64,000 nucleotides of DNA from an uncultured Chloroflexia bacterium (GCA_963797095.1 CAWCNY010000006.1:416001-480000), one strand, 5' to 3'. Positions 1 through 10,516 are shown, counted from the first letter of the stretch. Numbers and translations are program-made. Notes: generated by a model not told the origin, from the sequence alone.

Positions 1-835
1 CCGCATGCACGCGCAGGGCACGATGGCCGCTTTCAAACGTATCGATCGCTTGCAGAAGCTCCGATTCGGCGTCGCGCCACTTCCCGCTGGTAATAAGCAG
101 CCCGCCATAAGTAGTACGACAATATGCCGACAGAAACTGGCAGTTGTGGCGGCGCGCATACTCGGCGGCAGCATGGCACCAGTGTTCGGTGCGCACCATA
201 TCACCCGCAAGTTCGCACGCCGAAAGGGTCACACAAAATATCTCACTGATAGCCACGAAGCCTGCCACCTCGCCCCCCGTAGCTATTGCCATCGCTTCAT
301 CAAGGCAGCCCATCCCATCCTCAATCCGGCCCTGGGCCACCCGCGCCAGCCCCAGAAAAGCTAAAGCTATAACTTCCAGGTCTGTATCGTCAAATTCACC
401 CGCGATTCGAATACCCTCTTCCGCGGCTCGTTCCAACTCATCCGCGGGGGCAAGCATGGAAGCCCGCAAAACGAGCAACCAGCCTGCCTCGGCGCACGGT
501 CCCGCTTCGTTCAGCAGGCGGTCGGCCCTGGCGAACCACCCCTTCATCGCACTGACATTGGCATGTAGGAACACCTGCTCCCGCGCCATCCACGCCGCGA
601 TGAACCCCGCCCGCCGCAGGTTGCCCTCTTTCTTAAACTGGAGATAAGCTCGCGAGCGTTGCTGGTGGGCAGCTTCGATACGGTTCAACCACCACAGCGC
701 CTGCCCCAGGCCATCATGCGCTTCCGGGTTATCCCCCACCTGCAAGGCCGCCTCGAAAGCCACGCTGGCTCCCTGCCAGTCTCCCTTTGCCAGTGCAGCC
801 TTTCCGGCAGCGATATTGTCAATGTCGCCCTTCAT
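1..835 (-). CDS. TPR-like N-terminal part of a probable LuxR-family regulator (runs off window)
   Basis: Manual translation from ATG 835 is open to the window edge (MKGDIDNIAAGKAALAKGDW...GLGQALWWL...GMGCLDEAMAIATGGE...). It resembles large helical LuxR regulators; the HTH is not visible here. Confidence 0.6.
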   Translation of the reverse strand, partial: MKGDIDNIAAGKAALAKGDWQGASVAFEAALQVGDNPEAHDGLGQALWWLNRIEAAHQQRSRAYLQFKKEGNLRRAGFIAAWMAREQVFLHANVSAMKGWFARADRLLNEAGPCAEAGWLLVLRASMLAPADELERAAEEGIRIAGEFDDTDLEVIALAFLGLARVAQGRIEDGMGCLDEAMAIATGGEVAGFVAISEIFCVTLSACELAGDMVRTEHWCHAAAEYARRHNCQFLSAYCRTTYGGLLITSGKWRDAESELLQAIDTFESGHRALRVHA

Positions 836-842
836 ATCCCTA

Positions 843-1571
843 TTATAGGCCCTCGCGCGGCGCTGTATTGCCGAACACAGGCTGTGGCCCCTTTACAGGT
901 GCCGCCCAGCGCACCGCATTAGCGATCACGCGCCGCACCTCCGAATGAAAGTATGTGGGAAACGCCTCGTGACCGGGGCGAAAATAGAATATCTTCCCAA
1001 GCCCTCGCGTGTAACAGCATCCGCTTCGAAATACCTCTCCTCCACTGAACCAGCTTACCAGCACCAGCGTTTCGGGAGCCGGAATATCAAATCGCTCACC
1101 ATACATCTCCTCCGGTCCCAACTCGATACATTCCCCCAACCCCTCCGCGATGGGATGGCCCGGCTCCACGACCCACAGCCGCTCGTGATCATCTCCTTCG
1201 CGCCACTTCAGATTACAGGTTGTGCCCATCAACCGCCTGAAAATCTTAGAGTAATGCCCTGAATGCAGCACTATCAGCCCCATACCCCCCAGAACCCTTT
1301 GCTGCACGCGCTCCACCAGTTCATCAGATACCTCGTCGTGTGCCATGTGCCCCCACCATATCAATACATCCGTGCTCTCCAGTAGATCAGAAGGCAATCC
1401 CTGCGCGGGCTCATCCAATGTCGTCGTGCGCACCGACATATCAGGGTATTCACGCAGCCCGGCGGCAATCGCCCCATGGATCCCTTCCGGGTAAATCCTG
1501 TGCGCCGGGTGGTCCGTGTTCTTCTCGTGACGGAACTCATTCCAGATAGTAGTGCGAATAAGTGCGCTCAT
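843..1571 (-). CDS. thuA: Trehalose utilization protein ThuA family
   Basis: [40 protein letters not shown] motifs. Confidence 0.9.
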   Translation of the reverse strand: MSALIRTTIWNEFRHEKNTDHPAHRIYPEGIHGAIAAGLREYPDMSVRTTTLDEPAQGLPSDLLESTDVLIWWGHMAHDEVSDELVERVQQRVLGGMGLIVLHSGHYSKIFRRLMGTTCNLKWREGDDHERLWVVEPGHPIAEGLGECIELGPEEMYGERFDIPAPETLVLVSWFSGGEVFRSGCCYTRGLGKIFYFRPGHEAFPTYFHSEVRRVIANAVRWAAPVKGPQPVFGNTAPREGL

Positions 1572-1638
1572 AAATGTAATCCTTTCCTACAAAACAGCCT
1601 GATCTCAATATCATAACAACTGTCACCGTGACTCTTCT

Positions 1639-2679
1639 CTAATCGCCTCTCCCAACCTGCCCTAAATGTACCGGCATTCCTGTGGTCGCGGCCTCTATCG
1701 CTGCATACATCAGCGCGATGCTGCCCAGGTTGTCCCGACCTGAGCTTTCGGGCACCTCCCCGGTAGCTACCGCCCGCGCAAAGGCTCTTAGGCTACCCGT
1801 GCGATCTATCGGCATATCCATATCCAGCTCAAGCCGCCGAGCACGCTTGCCCAGCGGCTTCACCGTTACGCGATCCACGCTCGCCCCCAAATTATCACGG
1901 CTGGTCCAGGCGACCTCCCCACCCGCGTATTCCATACGCCACTCGCCCGCCCACGCGGTCTGCGGCCCCGGACTGACCCAGCTTCCACGGTAGCTCACCA
2001 CCGCTCCACCATCGAACATGATCGTTGCGAAAGCCGCCGCAGGCTCATCGAAGTTGCTCCATGCCGGATTCCAGGCGTGGCACACAACCTCCACAGGTTC
2101 CTGCCCCAGCACATAGCGCATCAAGTCGAAGTGATGGATCGCCATATCCGCCAGCAACGGCTGCTGCAATACATAGTGCCTGTGGCCCTCGCGAGCCGCC
2201 GAGTTTGCATAGCGCCTGAAGTCGATCGACACTGCGCCGACCTCCCCCAGGCTGCCCGACCGCACCAACTCGCGTACACCCTGCACCGCCGGGAAGAAGC
2301 GGTAATTCTGGCTGATCATAAGCACGCGTTCGCGCTCGGCGGCGACCTCAACCACCTGCCGCCCCTCGCCCACCGATGGCGTGAAAGGCTTCTCAAGGAG
2401 CACATGCTTACCTGCCCTCAGTGCCTCAAGCGCCAGCGGCACATGCCCACCCAAATTCGCCGTAACCAGCACCGCCTCGGCCTCCACACTCTCCAACGCC
2501 CGCCCCAAACTGTCAAAGCACCTGTCCTCAGACAGGTTAAGCTGCTCGCGTGCAAGCGCCAGTGATCGCGGGCCAGCATCCACGCACGCCACAAGTGTCA
2601 CATTATCCTCCGGCCGCAAGACGTGGTTCGCCCAATCCCGCCCCCAGCCACCCATCCCTGCTTGAATTATTCGCAACAT
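1639..2679 (-). CDS. Gfo/Idh/MocA-family oxidoreductase
   Basis: GMGGWG Rossmann motif, HVLLEKP, DMAIHHFD. Confidence 0.9.
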   Translation of the reverse strand: MLRIIQAGMGGWGRDWANHVLRPEDNVTLVACVDAGPRSLALAREQLNLSEDRCFDSLGRALESVEAEAVLVTANLGGHVPLALEALRAGKHVLLEKPFTPSVGEGRQVVEVAAERERVLMISQNYRFFPAVQGVRELVRSGSLGEVGAVSIDFRRYANSAAREGHRHYVLQQPLLADMAIHHFDLMRYVLGQEPVEVVCHAWNPAWSNFDEPAAAFATIMFDGGAVVSYRGSWVSPGPQTAWAGEWRMEYAGGEVAWTSRDNLGASVDRVTVKPLGKRARRLELDMDMPIDRTGSLRAFARAVATGEVPESSGRDNLGSIALMYAAIEAATTGMPVHLGQVGRGD

Positions 2680-2755
2680 ATAGTCATGCTCCTGCCTAAG
2701 GCTGTTATTGTTCCCCCATTAAGCATAATACGCCCCATCAAGGCCCCAACATCGA

Positions 2756-2780
2756 AGTAGACGCCGCATTGGCGTCTACT
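2756..2780. terminator. Stem-loop, probable terminator of 2820..4031
   Basis: AGTAGACGCC-gcatt-GGCGTCTACT perfect 10-bp stem. Confidence 0.55.
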
Positions 2781-2819
2781 GCTTTCCCTAGGTAAAGAAG
2801 ATATTACCTTGACTAGCGG

Positions 2820-4031
2820 CTACTGCGTGACCTCCCCCGCCCAATCACCGTCATACTGTACCTGTACGATGAAGACCCCATCAGCCGGAATCTGTATTGT
2901 GGTTGTTGCTTCGGCTTCACCAGTCGTGTTAATTATCGTGCCAACGTACAGCCCATCCTGGTTGAGCAGGTTCGCCTGGAATTCGGCCTTGCCTCCTGTA
3001 CCCTTTATGTGGAACATAGCGGGACCGGCCTTCAGTGAGAATAAAGGTGTTGCCTGGGCGAGCCGAGCGTGCCAAGTTTGCGTTGCAGGTGGTGGGGAAT
3101 ATGCGGCCCTGGGCTGTGCGACATTGACCGTCCAGCCTTGTTCGGCCTGCACATCCAGGGTATATGTGCCATCCGCGGGTATGTTGACCGCATCCGACAG
3201 ATCCCGTGGCCCAGGTCCGGAAGCTATAGTATGCAAATGGTTGCCGGTCGAATCGACCAGGTCTATGTAGTAATATCCCGCCTCACCTGCCCGCACCCCC
3301 TCGAACACCGCCAATCCAGCTTTCAATGGTACAGGTATGTTTGTCTGGTTCCCAATACCGCTCCACTGCCCGCTGAGCGTTCCATACTTGCCGCTATACC
3401 TGAACGTACCCAATTGAGAGAGCAGGACATTGTAGGGTGCGGTGTTCTCAGGGTGATACTCGAACACCGCACGCTCAAAATACTGCACCTTGTATGAATT
3501 GCCGTCCAAGTCGCTCTTTTCCGTAAACTCATCGGAGATGGGATATCCTTGCTGGGCCAACCCGCCGTGACGGGTCCAATAGTCGAGGAAGACACCCCCA
3601 AGCCTCTTTCCCGTCTCAGGGAAGATGAGTGAGCCGGGTTCATTGTTGGGGGTTGCATCGGGTGCGCCGTCCGGATACTTCTGGCTACCCAGGAAGTTAC
3701 CCAGCAGTTGGAGAAGCACTTCGCTCGGCTTCCCGGCGTTCTCAGGGTGATACTCGAACACCGCACGCTCAAAGTATTGAACGATGTAAATATTGCCGTC
3801 GGTATCACTCGTCTCCTGAATCTGCTCAGAAATGGGGAATCCCTGCTGTGCCAGCCCACCATGATCTTTCCAATATGCAAGGAAACTACCGCAGACGGCC
3901 TTGCCCGTCTCACTGAATGTCTGGCAGTCACTTTGCGCGTTCGCCTTGAGTACCACTAACGGCTGGACTGCAAAAGCACAGACAAGAGAGATAAGCACGA
4001 TCAAAGCAGAGGACAGTAAGCGCCTAGGCAT
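2820..4031 (-). CDS. Secreted/surface protein with two F(S/P)ETG...GGLAQQG.PIS...QYFERA repeats and a beta-rich C-terminus
   Basis: Signal peptide (..KANA|QS) and a duplicated repeat module; paralogous to 58008..59420. Confidence 0.75.
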   Translation of the reverse strand: MPRRLLSSALIVLISLVCAFAVQPLVVLKANAQSDCQTFSETGKAVCGSFLAYWKDHGGLAQQGFPISEQIQETSDTDGNIYIVQYFERAVFEYHPENAGKPSEVLLQLLGNFLGSQKYPDGAPDATPNNEPGSLIFPETGKRLGGVFLDYWTRHGGLAQQGYPISDEFTEKSDLDGNSYKVQYFERAVFEYHPENTAPYNVLLSQLGTFRYSGKYGTLSGQWSGIGNQTNIPVPLKAGLAVFEGVRAGEAGYYYIDLVDSTGNHLHTIASGPGPRDLSDAVNIPADGTYTLDVQAEQGWTVNVAQPRAAYSPPPATQTWHARLAQATPLFSLKAGPAMFHIKGTGGKAEFQANLLNQDGLYVGTIINTTGEAEATTTIQIPADGVFIVQVQYDGDWAGEVTQ

Positions 4032-4435
4032 GGTAAACCCTCCTGTGGTGTGATCACAAACTAATCTTTGTAAGCTCGATTATACATTAGAGGACTAATG
4101 CTTGCTCGCGTACCTGCGCTTGACAAAATTGCGGTGCAATTCTCAAGACGAGCTTGATATGCGTACTTCCTCACGAGATAGTCTATGCCTCGCTCATTGA
4201 GTGGCCCTCTCTGCCCCATGAAGAGAGGGCCTTCGGGCAGGGACCAGCGGCTATCCCGGTTGCCCGGATAGTTGGAGTTCCCTCTTGCGCTTCTCGACGT
4301 AGCGAAGGAGTACCGAGCGCGTCCGGTTATCTAGAGGTACAATGCGGCTCTTACCACCCTTCCCTACTCTGACCCGCACCAGCCCCTTACGCTCTGCAGC
4401 CCAGGCCCGGCGCCGAAGAAGCCGAGTGCTTCGCC

Positions 4436-4507
4436 GATGCCGTTGATGCCGTTGATGCCGTTGATGCCGTTGATGCCGTTGATGCCGTTGATGCCGTTGA
4501 TGCCGTT
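4436..4507. repeat. 9-bp microsatellite (GATGCCGTT)x8
   Basis: Eight perfect copies read directly. Confidence 0.95.
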
Positions 4508-4542
4508 TGTGGCGAGCCGAACACTCCTTGCCTCATGGCACC

Positions 4543-5520
4543 TCATGGCAGATGGAGCAGACGTCGTGCGTTCCCCGCTGCGATGGCTCGGCGGTCCTGG
4601 GCGGCGAGGGATACAGTCCGCAAGAATTCGGTCGCAGGGATCGACTCCTCGTGCGGGTAGTCGATGGAAAACATGATCCGCTCGGTGCCAATGGCCGAGA
4701 TCGCACACTCGAGCGGCGTGGCCGAATTGGCGCCCGCCGTCGTAACATAGAAGTTCTCGCGGAAGTAGTCTGAAGGCTGCTTCTTCAAGGGCGGCTTGTC
4801 TGGGTAAGTCGCCCAGCGACTGTCGAGTCGGTCGAGTGTGAAGGGGATCCCCTCGCCCATGTGGCCCAGGATGACCGTCAGGCCCGGGAAGCGATCGAAC
4901 AACCCGGACGCAATGAGGCGAAGCGCATGCGAACCCGTCTCGAAAGCCCACCCCCAGGCGGCACCTTGCAGGACTTCATAGCCTGCGAGACAGGCGGGCA
5001 CCGTCTGAGGCCAGGTCGGGTGGATGTAGATCGGTACGTTGAGCGCCTCTGCGCGCTCCCAGACCGGAAAGAACTTCTCATTGTCCAGGTATTCGCCGTT
5101 GGTGTGTCCGTTAGTCAGAACACCACGGAACGAGAGCTCGCGAACAGATCGCTCCAGCTCATCCGCGGCTGCGGCCGGGTCCTGGAACGGCAGCACAGCG
5201 AAGGCGCTGAACCGGGTGGGGTGCCGTTGGATGACCGCGGCCATGTCATCGTTCGCCCCCTTAGCCAGGGCGACGGCGCGCTCAGGGCTCCTCTCAGCGT
5301 TGACCCCTGGGAAGCCGACCGACAGCACTTGAAGGGTCACGCCGGCTTCGTCCATGGTGGGCAGTCGATACGACTCTATGTCTCGGAGTTGCGCCAGGAG
5401 TCGCCGTAACCGCTCAGAGTCGTCCCCCGGCATGTGCATGTCGAGATTTGCCGGGAGGTACGCCTCCTCCAGTGCAACAATATCGAGAAAAGCCTCGTTC
5501 TCCTGGGTGCTCATGCGCAT
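4543..5520 (-). CDS. Amidohydrolase-2 family decarboxylase (2,3-dihydroxybenzoate/gamma-resorcylate decarboxylase-like)
   Basis: IVALEEA, YIHP, GHMGE, MFSIDYP motifs; AAGGAG RBS. Confidence 0.8.
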   Translation of the reverse strand: MRMSTQENEAFLDIVALEEAYLPANLDMHMPGDDSERLRRLLAQLRDIESYRLPTMDEAGVTLQVLSVGFPGVNAERSPERAVALAKGANDDMAAVIQRHPTRFSAFAVLPFQDPAAAADELERSVRELSFRGVLTNGHTNGEYLDNEKFFPVWERAEALNVPIYIHPTWPQTVPACLAGYEVLQGAAWGWAFETGSHALRLIASGLFDRFPGLTVILGHMGEGIPFTLDRLDSRWATYPDKPPLKKQPSDYFRENFYVTTAGANSATPLECAISAIGTERIMFSIDYPHEESIPATEFLRTVSLAAQDRRAIAAGNARRLLHLP

Positions 5521-5699
5521 ACGAATACTCCTTCGCCGTTAGGCGAACCAGAAGTGGTTGATCTTGATCACCCGTGGCATCTATCGCCCCTAGGCGTGCT
5601 GTTCTGTCGCAGTATATCACGAGGTCCGAGAACCCGTCAATCTTGTGGCTGTCTGAGCCTGTCGGTAAAGAGCGCCTGCATGCCCGCGATGATCCGCCA

Positions 5700-6430
5700 A
5701 GCGGCTCGACGAAGTTGTTCTACTGTTCAAGCCCGACACCGTGCTCCGCTGGCACCGCGACCCGGTCAGGCGCAAGTGGACCTTTCCACGGGACAGACGG
5801 ACTGGTAGACCGCATGTCGCTGGGGAGTTGGAACAGCTAATTGTACGGCTAGCCCGCGAGAACCCGAGGTGGGGCTATAGCAAGGTCCAGGAGGAACTTC
5901 TCAAGCTTGGCGAATCGGTCAGCCGCTCCACCGTAAGAAACATGCTCAAACGCCGTCACATCCCTTCCGCTCCCGAGCGCAAGAAGCGAGGAAGCAGTTG
6001 GCGCATCTTCCTTGGCCATTATGCTAACCAAAGCCAACGCGTTCGCGCAACGCTGGGTGCGGACCGTCAGAGAGGAGTGCCTGGACCACCTGCTCGTAAT
6101 CAGTCAGGGTCACTTACGAAGAGTGCCGGCCGAATATGTCGAGCATTACAACCGCGGAAGGCCCCACCAGGGCATTGGCCAGCGTATTCCAGTACCCCCA
6201 GTACCCCCAGTACCCCCAGTACCCCCAGTACCCCCACTGCCTCTGCCTCCACTGCCTCCACTGCCTTCAGTGCCAGTTTCAGAGAGGAGGGCAGCCAAGC
6301 CAGGGGTCAGAAGTGCGGTTGGCATTGGCGTCCAAGATGTGCTTGGAGGCATTATCCCCGACTACTATCGAGTCGCTAGCCACGCTGCATAGACCCCTTT
6401 CTGCGCACGGACGAGTTATTACACATTACA
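5700..6430 (+). pseudogene. Internally deleted IS-type integrase-core (DDE) transposase remnant
   Basis: LRWHRD..RRKWTF..GRP..RLARENPRWGY is joined out of frame to KANAFAQRWVRTVREECLDH..HYNRGRPHQG..LGGII. The middle of the catalytic core is missing. Confidence 0.8.
6189..6267. repeat. (CCAGTACCC)x5 followed by CCACTGCCT repeats inside the IS remnant
   Basis: Read directly. Confidence 0.9.
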
Positions 6431-6436
6431 GGAGAT

Positions 6437-7030
6437 GTGTTGAATGCGACCACGCTTGCTATCTACAACACCTTACCTACTCTCAGCCCCAATCCGCGGT
6501 CGGAGCCTACACAAGATAGAGAGTGGCGACAAAGCTGGTTATGGAGAGTAGCGGCCCAAACTGCAATAGTCTTATATCCTCCTCCCACTCCTATAACATT
6601 TCCAGACGTCTTCACACCTACTCCACATCCTCCGTGGCCCACTGAAATCGTGCATGAACGGACAACCTCCGAGGGCGTGATTTATGACGAGAGATTTGTC
6701 GGGCCTCCATGTAACGAAGTCTATGCAACCAATCACTGGTACGGGCAAGCCGTGGGCGCGCGTACCCACGTGTGCGCCGGTGAAGACAAAATGTACCAGA
6801 GCAGAGGTGCAATTGTGGTTGAAGTTTGGCATTCCGGTGACCAAGAACCGGCCTACGGCGGTTACTACTTCACACCCAGTGACGAAGGTGCGATACGTAT
6901 CCAGGATGTGCTAGGGAACGAAGTGATCCTTGTCTCGACAAACAACACACTCTTTCACTTTGATCTGGCAACTCGTCAGTGGTCATCTGCCCCTCCGGGC
7001 CCATCCCCATCCATGTCCCCATCGCCATAG
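6437..7030 (+). CDS. Hypothetical protein (possibly the C-terminal remnant of a secreted protein)
   Basis: 197-aa ORF with Pro/Thr-rich linker, then a globular Cys-containing part; GGAG RBS. Confidence 0.5.
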   Translation: MLNATTLAIYNTLPTLSPNPRSEPTQDREWRQSWLWRVAAQTAIVLYPPPTPITFPDVFTPTPHPPWPTEIVHERTTSEGVIYDERFVGPPCNEVYATNHWYGQAVGARTHVCAGEDKMYQSRGAIVVEVWHSGDQEPAYGGYYFTPSDEGAIRIQDVLGNEVILVSTNNTLFHFDLATRQWSSAPPGPSPSMSPSP

Positions 7031-7158
7031 GACAGCCTGGTAGCGAAGGTGTCAGAGAATGATCGTCTGGCACACCTGTGACGAAATGGTGATAAAGAAG
7101 GAAATGAGGTCCACTCTGGACCTCATTTCACGCCTAGAATTACGAAATCCTACCCTTT

Positions 7159-7174
7159 TGTGCCGAAGGTGGGA
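7159..7174 (-). repeat. att site: copy of the tRNA-Leu 3' end
   Basis: TGTGCCGAAGGTGGGA, 16/16 identical to 17637-17652. Confidence 0.85.
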
Positions 7175-7290
7175 AATGGCTGCCGGGGGTTGTCTGATGC
7201 CGTTTCGTGCCTGCTGTGCCGTGGAAATGACAGCTGGTGTCGGCAAATGACGGCAAATGTCGGGCAGGATGTGACATGGCCGTGACATCG
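7160..7290. repeat. ~130-bp element-end repeat, copy 1 (copy 2 at 10362-10503)
   Basis: Both copies share GTGCCGAAG..GAAATGGCTGC..GGGTTGTCT.ATGCC.TTTC.TGCCTGCTGTGCCG..GACGGCAAATGTCGGGCAGGATGTGACATGG. Confidence 0.9.
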
Positions 7291-7405
7291 GATTGGGCGG
7301 TCCCCAGCCTTGAGGAAGGTCAGAACGCTCGAGCAGGCACCGCAATCTATGGCCTGTCTCTCCGCAACCTGGCCTTCAGCCGCAAGCCGTCCCGGCTGAA
7401 CCTGC

Positions 7406-7468
7406 AGCCGACGTAGCCGACGTAGCCGACGTAGCCGACGTAGCCGACGTAGCCGACGTAGCCGACGT
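7406..7468. repeat. 9-bp microsatellite (AGCCGACGT)x7
   Basis: Seven perfect copies. Confidence 0.95.
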
Positions 7469-7598
7469 AGCGGCCCGCACTCAGCCTGTCGCAGAGCCTG
7501 TCCTGGCTACTTGCCTCATCCGCGCTCAGGCTGCCACTCCCACTCCCATCGTTTAGTCGAGCGGCATTCCAACAGGTAGTCCAGCAGGAACCCCGACT

Positions 7599-7805
7599 GT
7601 GCGCCTGCCTGCGCTTACCATCAGGTACGACGCTTCTGCTCCTACTCTTGCGGCAGGGGACCTGGTCAGGCACGCCAACCAGGGGGTGGGGAGGGTAGCT
7701 GCTGTAGCTCCGAGCGGTAACGATTACATCCTGACCGTCGAGTTCCAGACATATGGCACCCGCCGGATGATGGCCAGCCTATCCCGATTGGTGAGGGTCA
7801 GTTAG
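7599..7805 (+). pseudogene. Fragment with a PcrA/UvrD C-terminal Tudor-like domain
   Basis: GDLVRHANQGVGRV..LTVEF..GTRRM. The same frame continues upstream across a TAG stop into Pro/Ala-rich sequence. Confidence 0.5.
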
Positions 7806-7806
7806 C

Positions 7807-8364
7807 ATGGTTGTCGACCCCGCCTGCTCAGCGCTTACACCCAGGGTTTCTATGGCTATTGTAACTACGCGGCCCGGTCATGGTTCATCGGCCTCCGCTG
7901 GGGCCTGGACTGGACCACATAGGGCACTATCGACCCTGCAGCGGCTCCCGCCCAAGTCCAAGGAAAGCGAACGTACCATTCGAGTACCGAAGGCACTAAT
8001 GGATATGCTACGTCAGCACGGAGACAGGCAAGGCTTTGAGCGGAACAAGGCCGGCATAGCCTGGATGGGCAATGAGTGGGACCTCGTGTTTACATCAGAG
8101 GTCGGAACGGGTATTGAGCCTCGCAACGTCAATAGCCAATTCGCTCTCTTCCTGAAGAATGCCGGCTTGCCCGCCACGCGCTTCCACGACACCCGCCACA
8201 CCGCCGCTGTGCTAATGCTTGCTCAAGACTTCCCGCTGAAAGTGGTATTCAGCATCCTGGGCCACAGCAAGATAAGCACGACCGCTTATGTGTATGGTCA
8301 TGTGCTGCCACGTCAAGAGCAGGAAGCCGCAGATAAGATGGGCGATCTTTTGTGGGGAAGCTGA
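7807..8364 (+). pseudogene. Tyrosine recombinase/integrase, C-terminal catalytic fragment only
   Basis: PKSKESERTI, RFHDTRH, ILGHSKISTT..VYGH. The N-terminal domains and first catalytic Arg are missing; the recognisable part begins ~7925. Confidence 0.85.
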
Positions 8365-8911
8365 GCTATTGGACGGATCAACGCGACCTCTCTAAACTGT
8401 AGAGGCCGACACTAGATCTTTCGGACTATGCGCGAGGAGCTAGTAATTATCCAACTGTTAGAGCGAAATGAGAGGCTTCTGCATGTTGGATAGAAGCCGC
8501 TTTCAATACTCCCAAATACCAGAAGAGCAAAACGTATGATGCGTAGGCAACCGCCTTCTGGATTACGCCCAAGCCGTCTCGTAGAACTGCCTCTTGCGAT
8601 TCGGTATCCGTCCATAGCGCCTCAGGTTGATGCAATTATGGCGGGCCAGACCCCTAACCTCAGCAACGTCAACCTCACCGACGCCGAGAACGCCGCCAAA
8701 GACATCGGCGGTATGTTCTGTAAATAGGGGATAAGGGCCAAGACGTACCTGCTAACTTCTCCAAGAAGCTCGGCATCCTGGTTTCTAAGCCGAACAGCTG
8801 GGTTAATCGTCAAGGCTCGCACCTTCGGCGCGGCCGGCGCTGCGCAAATGATGACGTGCGTCCCGTTCCAGTTTGAGCATAGTCTCTCCCGTCCGCGGGG
8901 AGGGTTTGGCG

Positions 8912-10084
8912 TTAGCCTGCTTCGGTGATTGCGCTGGCCACCGTTCCGAGGATGAGTATTATCCAGAAGATGGCAATCGCCAGGAATGCCCAGCCGCGAG
9001 TGCGCAGGTCGAAGGCCGCTCTCCACCCCTGAGGGTCGCTCTTGCCTCTGTCCAGGAGCGGAATCAGCAGCAGCGCGCCGAACATGAGCACCAGGGCGAT
9101 GACTGTACCCCAAATGTCGGGGTCCATGCCCAGGTTGGCTACGAATATGTTCATGCCGCGAGTCCAGCTTATCGGGAAGGTCGGCTTGAAGCCGAGCCCG
9201 CCGGGGTCGTCGCCCGAGTTGTATATGGGCGAGTCGGGCAGCAGTTGGGGAGGAGTGCCGGGGTCGCGCGTGACGAATATCGAGATGAGAAGCACCACGC
9301 CGATGGCGATCGCGCTGTAGATGAGCCAAACCCTTATATGCTCGGTGAATGGAGCTTTGCGGCCGCTCGACTTCAGCCAGAAGGGCATTGAGATGCCCTT
9401 GACCCGCACCAGGTAGTAGTGCATGAAGATCAGCAGGATCAAGAGTATCGGCACGATGGCTATATGTACCGCATAGATCTGCGCCAGCTTTTCGGTGGCC
9501 ACCGGAATCTGCAGCAGCGCGTCGGTAGTGTAGTTGAATGCATCGCTCAATCCTACGGCGCTGAGAACCTCGGAGATGTTCCAGGGGACGCCGAAGCCCA
9601 CTTCGTCCCAGTGGAGAGCCTCGCCCGTCAGAGAGATCAGGAAGGTGAAGGCAGCGAGACCCACGCCCACCGTCCATAATCCCCACTTGCCGTGCCTGAA
9701 GCCGCCGCTGATGAACACCCTCATCATATGCACAAGCACCAGGCCGAAAATGAGGAAGGCGTTCCAGTAGTGGAAGTTGATGACGATCGACCCAGGGGCC
9801 GTTGTGACGAGATCTTTGGTGATACCATAGGCTTTGTCGGCAGCGGGAGTATAGACCAGCGAAAGAATGAAGCCGGTTATTACTTCCAGCACCAGCGCTA
9901 TGGCAAGCACCCCGCCGAGCGCGTACCAGATGTTATTGGTTTCCACCGGGATAAAATAATCGCGCGCCAGTTGCACGAGAGCAAAAGGCCCTTCGGACGT
10001 TGGTTTCGTGGAGGTATCAAGCGTCGCTGTTTCTGAAGGCGCGCCAGGGGGTGACGTGATCGGCCCGTTTGCATCGGTAGACAT
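8912..10084 (-). CDS. Cytochrome b (bc complex subunit-like), orphan
   Basis: His pairs HYWNA..VHMMRVF and YAVH..FMHYY; WYALGG; W..G..L..TG motif; GGAGG RBS before ATG 10084. Confidence 0.85.
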   Translation of the reverse strand: MSTDANGPITSPPGAPSETATLDTSTKPTSEGPFALVQLARDYFIPVETNNIWYALGGVLAIALVLEVITGFILSLVYTPAADKAYGITKDLVTTAPGSIVINFHYWNAFLIFGLVLVHMMRVFISGGFRHGKWGLWTVGVGLAAFTFLISLTGEALHWDEVGFGVPWNISEVLSAVGLSDAFNYTTDALLQIPVATEKLAQIYAVHIAIVPILLILLIFMHYYLVRVKGISMPFWLKSSGRKAPFTEHIRVWLIYSAIAIGVVLLISIFVTRDPGTPPQLLPDSPIYNSGDDPGGLGFKPTFPISWTRGMNIFVANLGMDPDIWGTVIALVLMFGALLLIPLLDRGKSDPQGWRAAFDLRTRGWAFLAIAIFWIILILGTVASAITEAG

Positions 10085-10361
10085 CTCTCTGCCTCCTTGG
10101 TAAGCAACCTGCAAGGCCATACGCCGGTGTTGGGGAACATCGGAATGGGTCCATGGGCAGCCAAAGAGATCATGGCCCCATTGCGCCTATTATAGTGACT
10201 GAGGAGAGAGATTACAATACATTTCCGCACGAGTCTCACGTACATGTGTCAAGCGCAAACCTAGAGGCGGCAAGCTCATATGTTGGCTACAAATATGGCT
10301 ACATCCTATGACGAAAGCCCCGATGTACTAATTATCGGGGCTGATTTCATGCCTGGATTGA

Positions 10362-10503
10362 GTGCCGAAGCGCAGAAATGGCTGCGGCGGGTTGTCTCAT
10401 GCCCTTTCATGCCTGCTGTGCCGCGAAAATGATACCTGGTGCCGCCACAGGACGGCAAATGTCGGGCAGGATGTGACATGGCTGTGACATGGCTGTGACA
10501 TGG
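10362..10503. repeat. Element-end repeat copy 2 with degenerate att (GTGCCGAAG) and three TGTGACATGG repeats at 11-bp period
   Basis: Read directly and compared with 7160-7290. Confidence 0.85.
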
Positions 10504-10516
10504 AAGCAGGGGTCTT

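Noticed and set aside
720-745. Frameshift in the first gene at the C5 run
   Set aside because: Recounting shows the frame is continuous (ALQVGDNPEA)
8820-8829. Inverted att-like CACCTTCGGC
   Set aside because: Only 10 bp, wrong orientation and no arm repeats; could be chance
8622-9686. Long alternative-frame and antisense ORFs (also 22901..23965, 24345..25541, 38564..39484)
   Set aside because: Shadows of real genes in GC-rich DNA with no recognisable motifs
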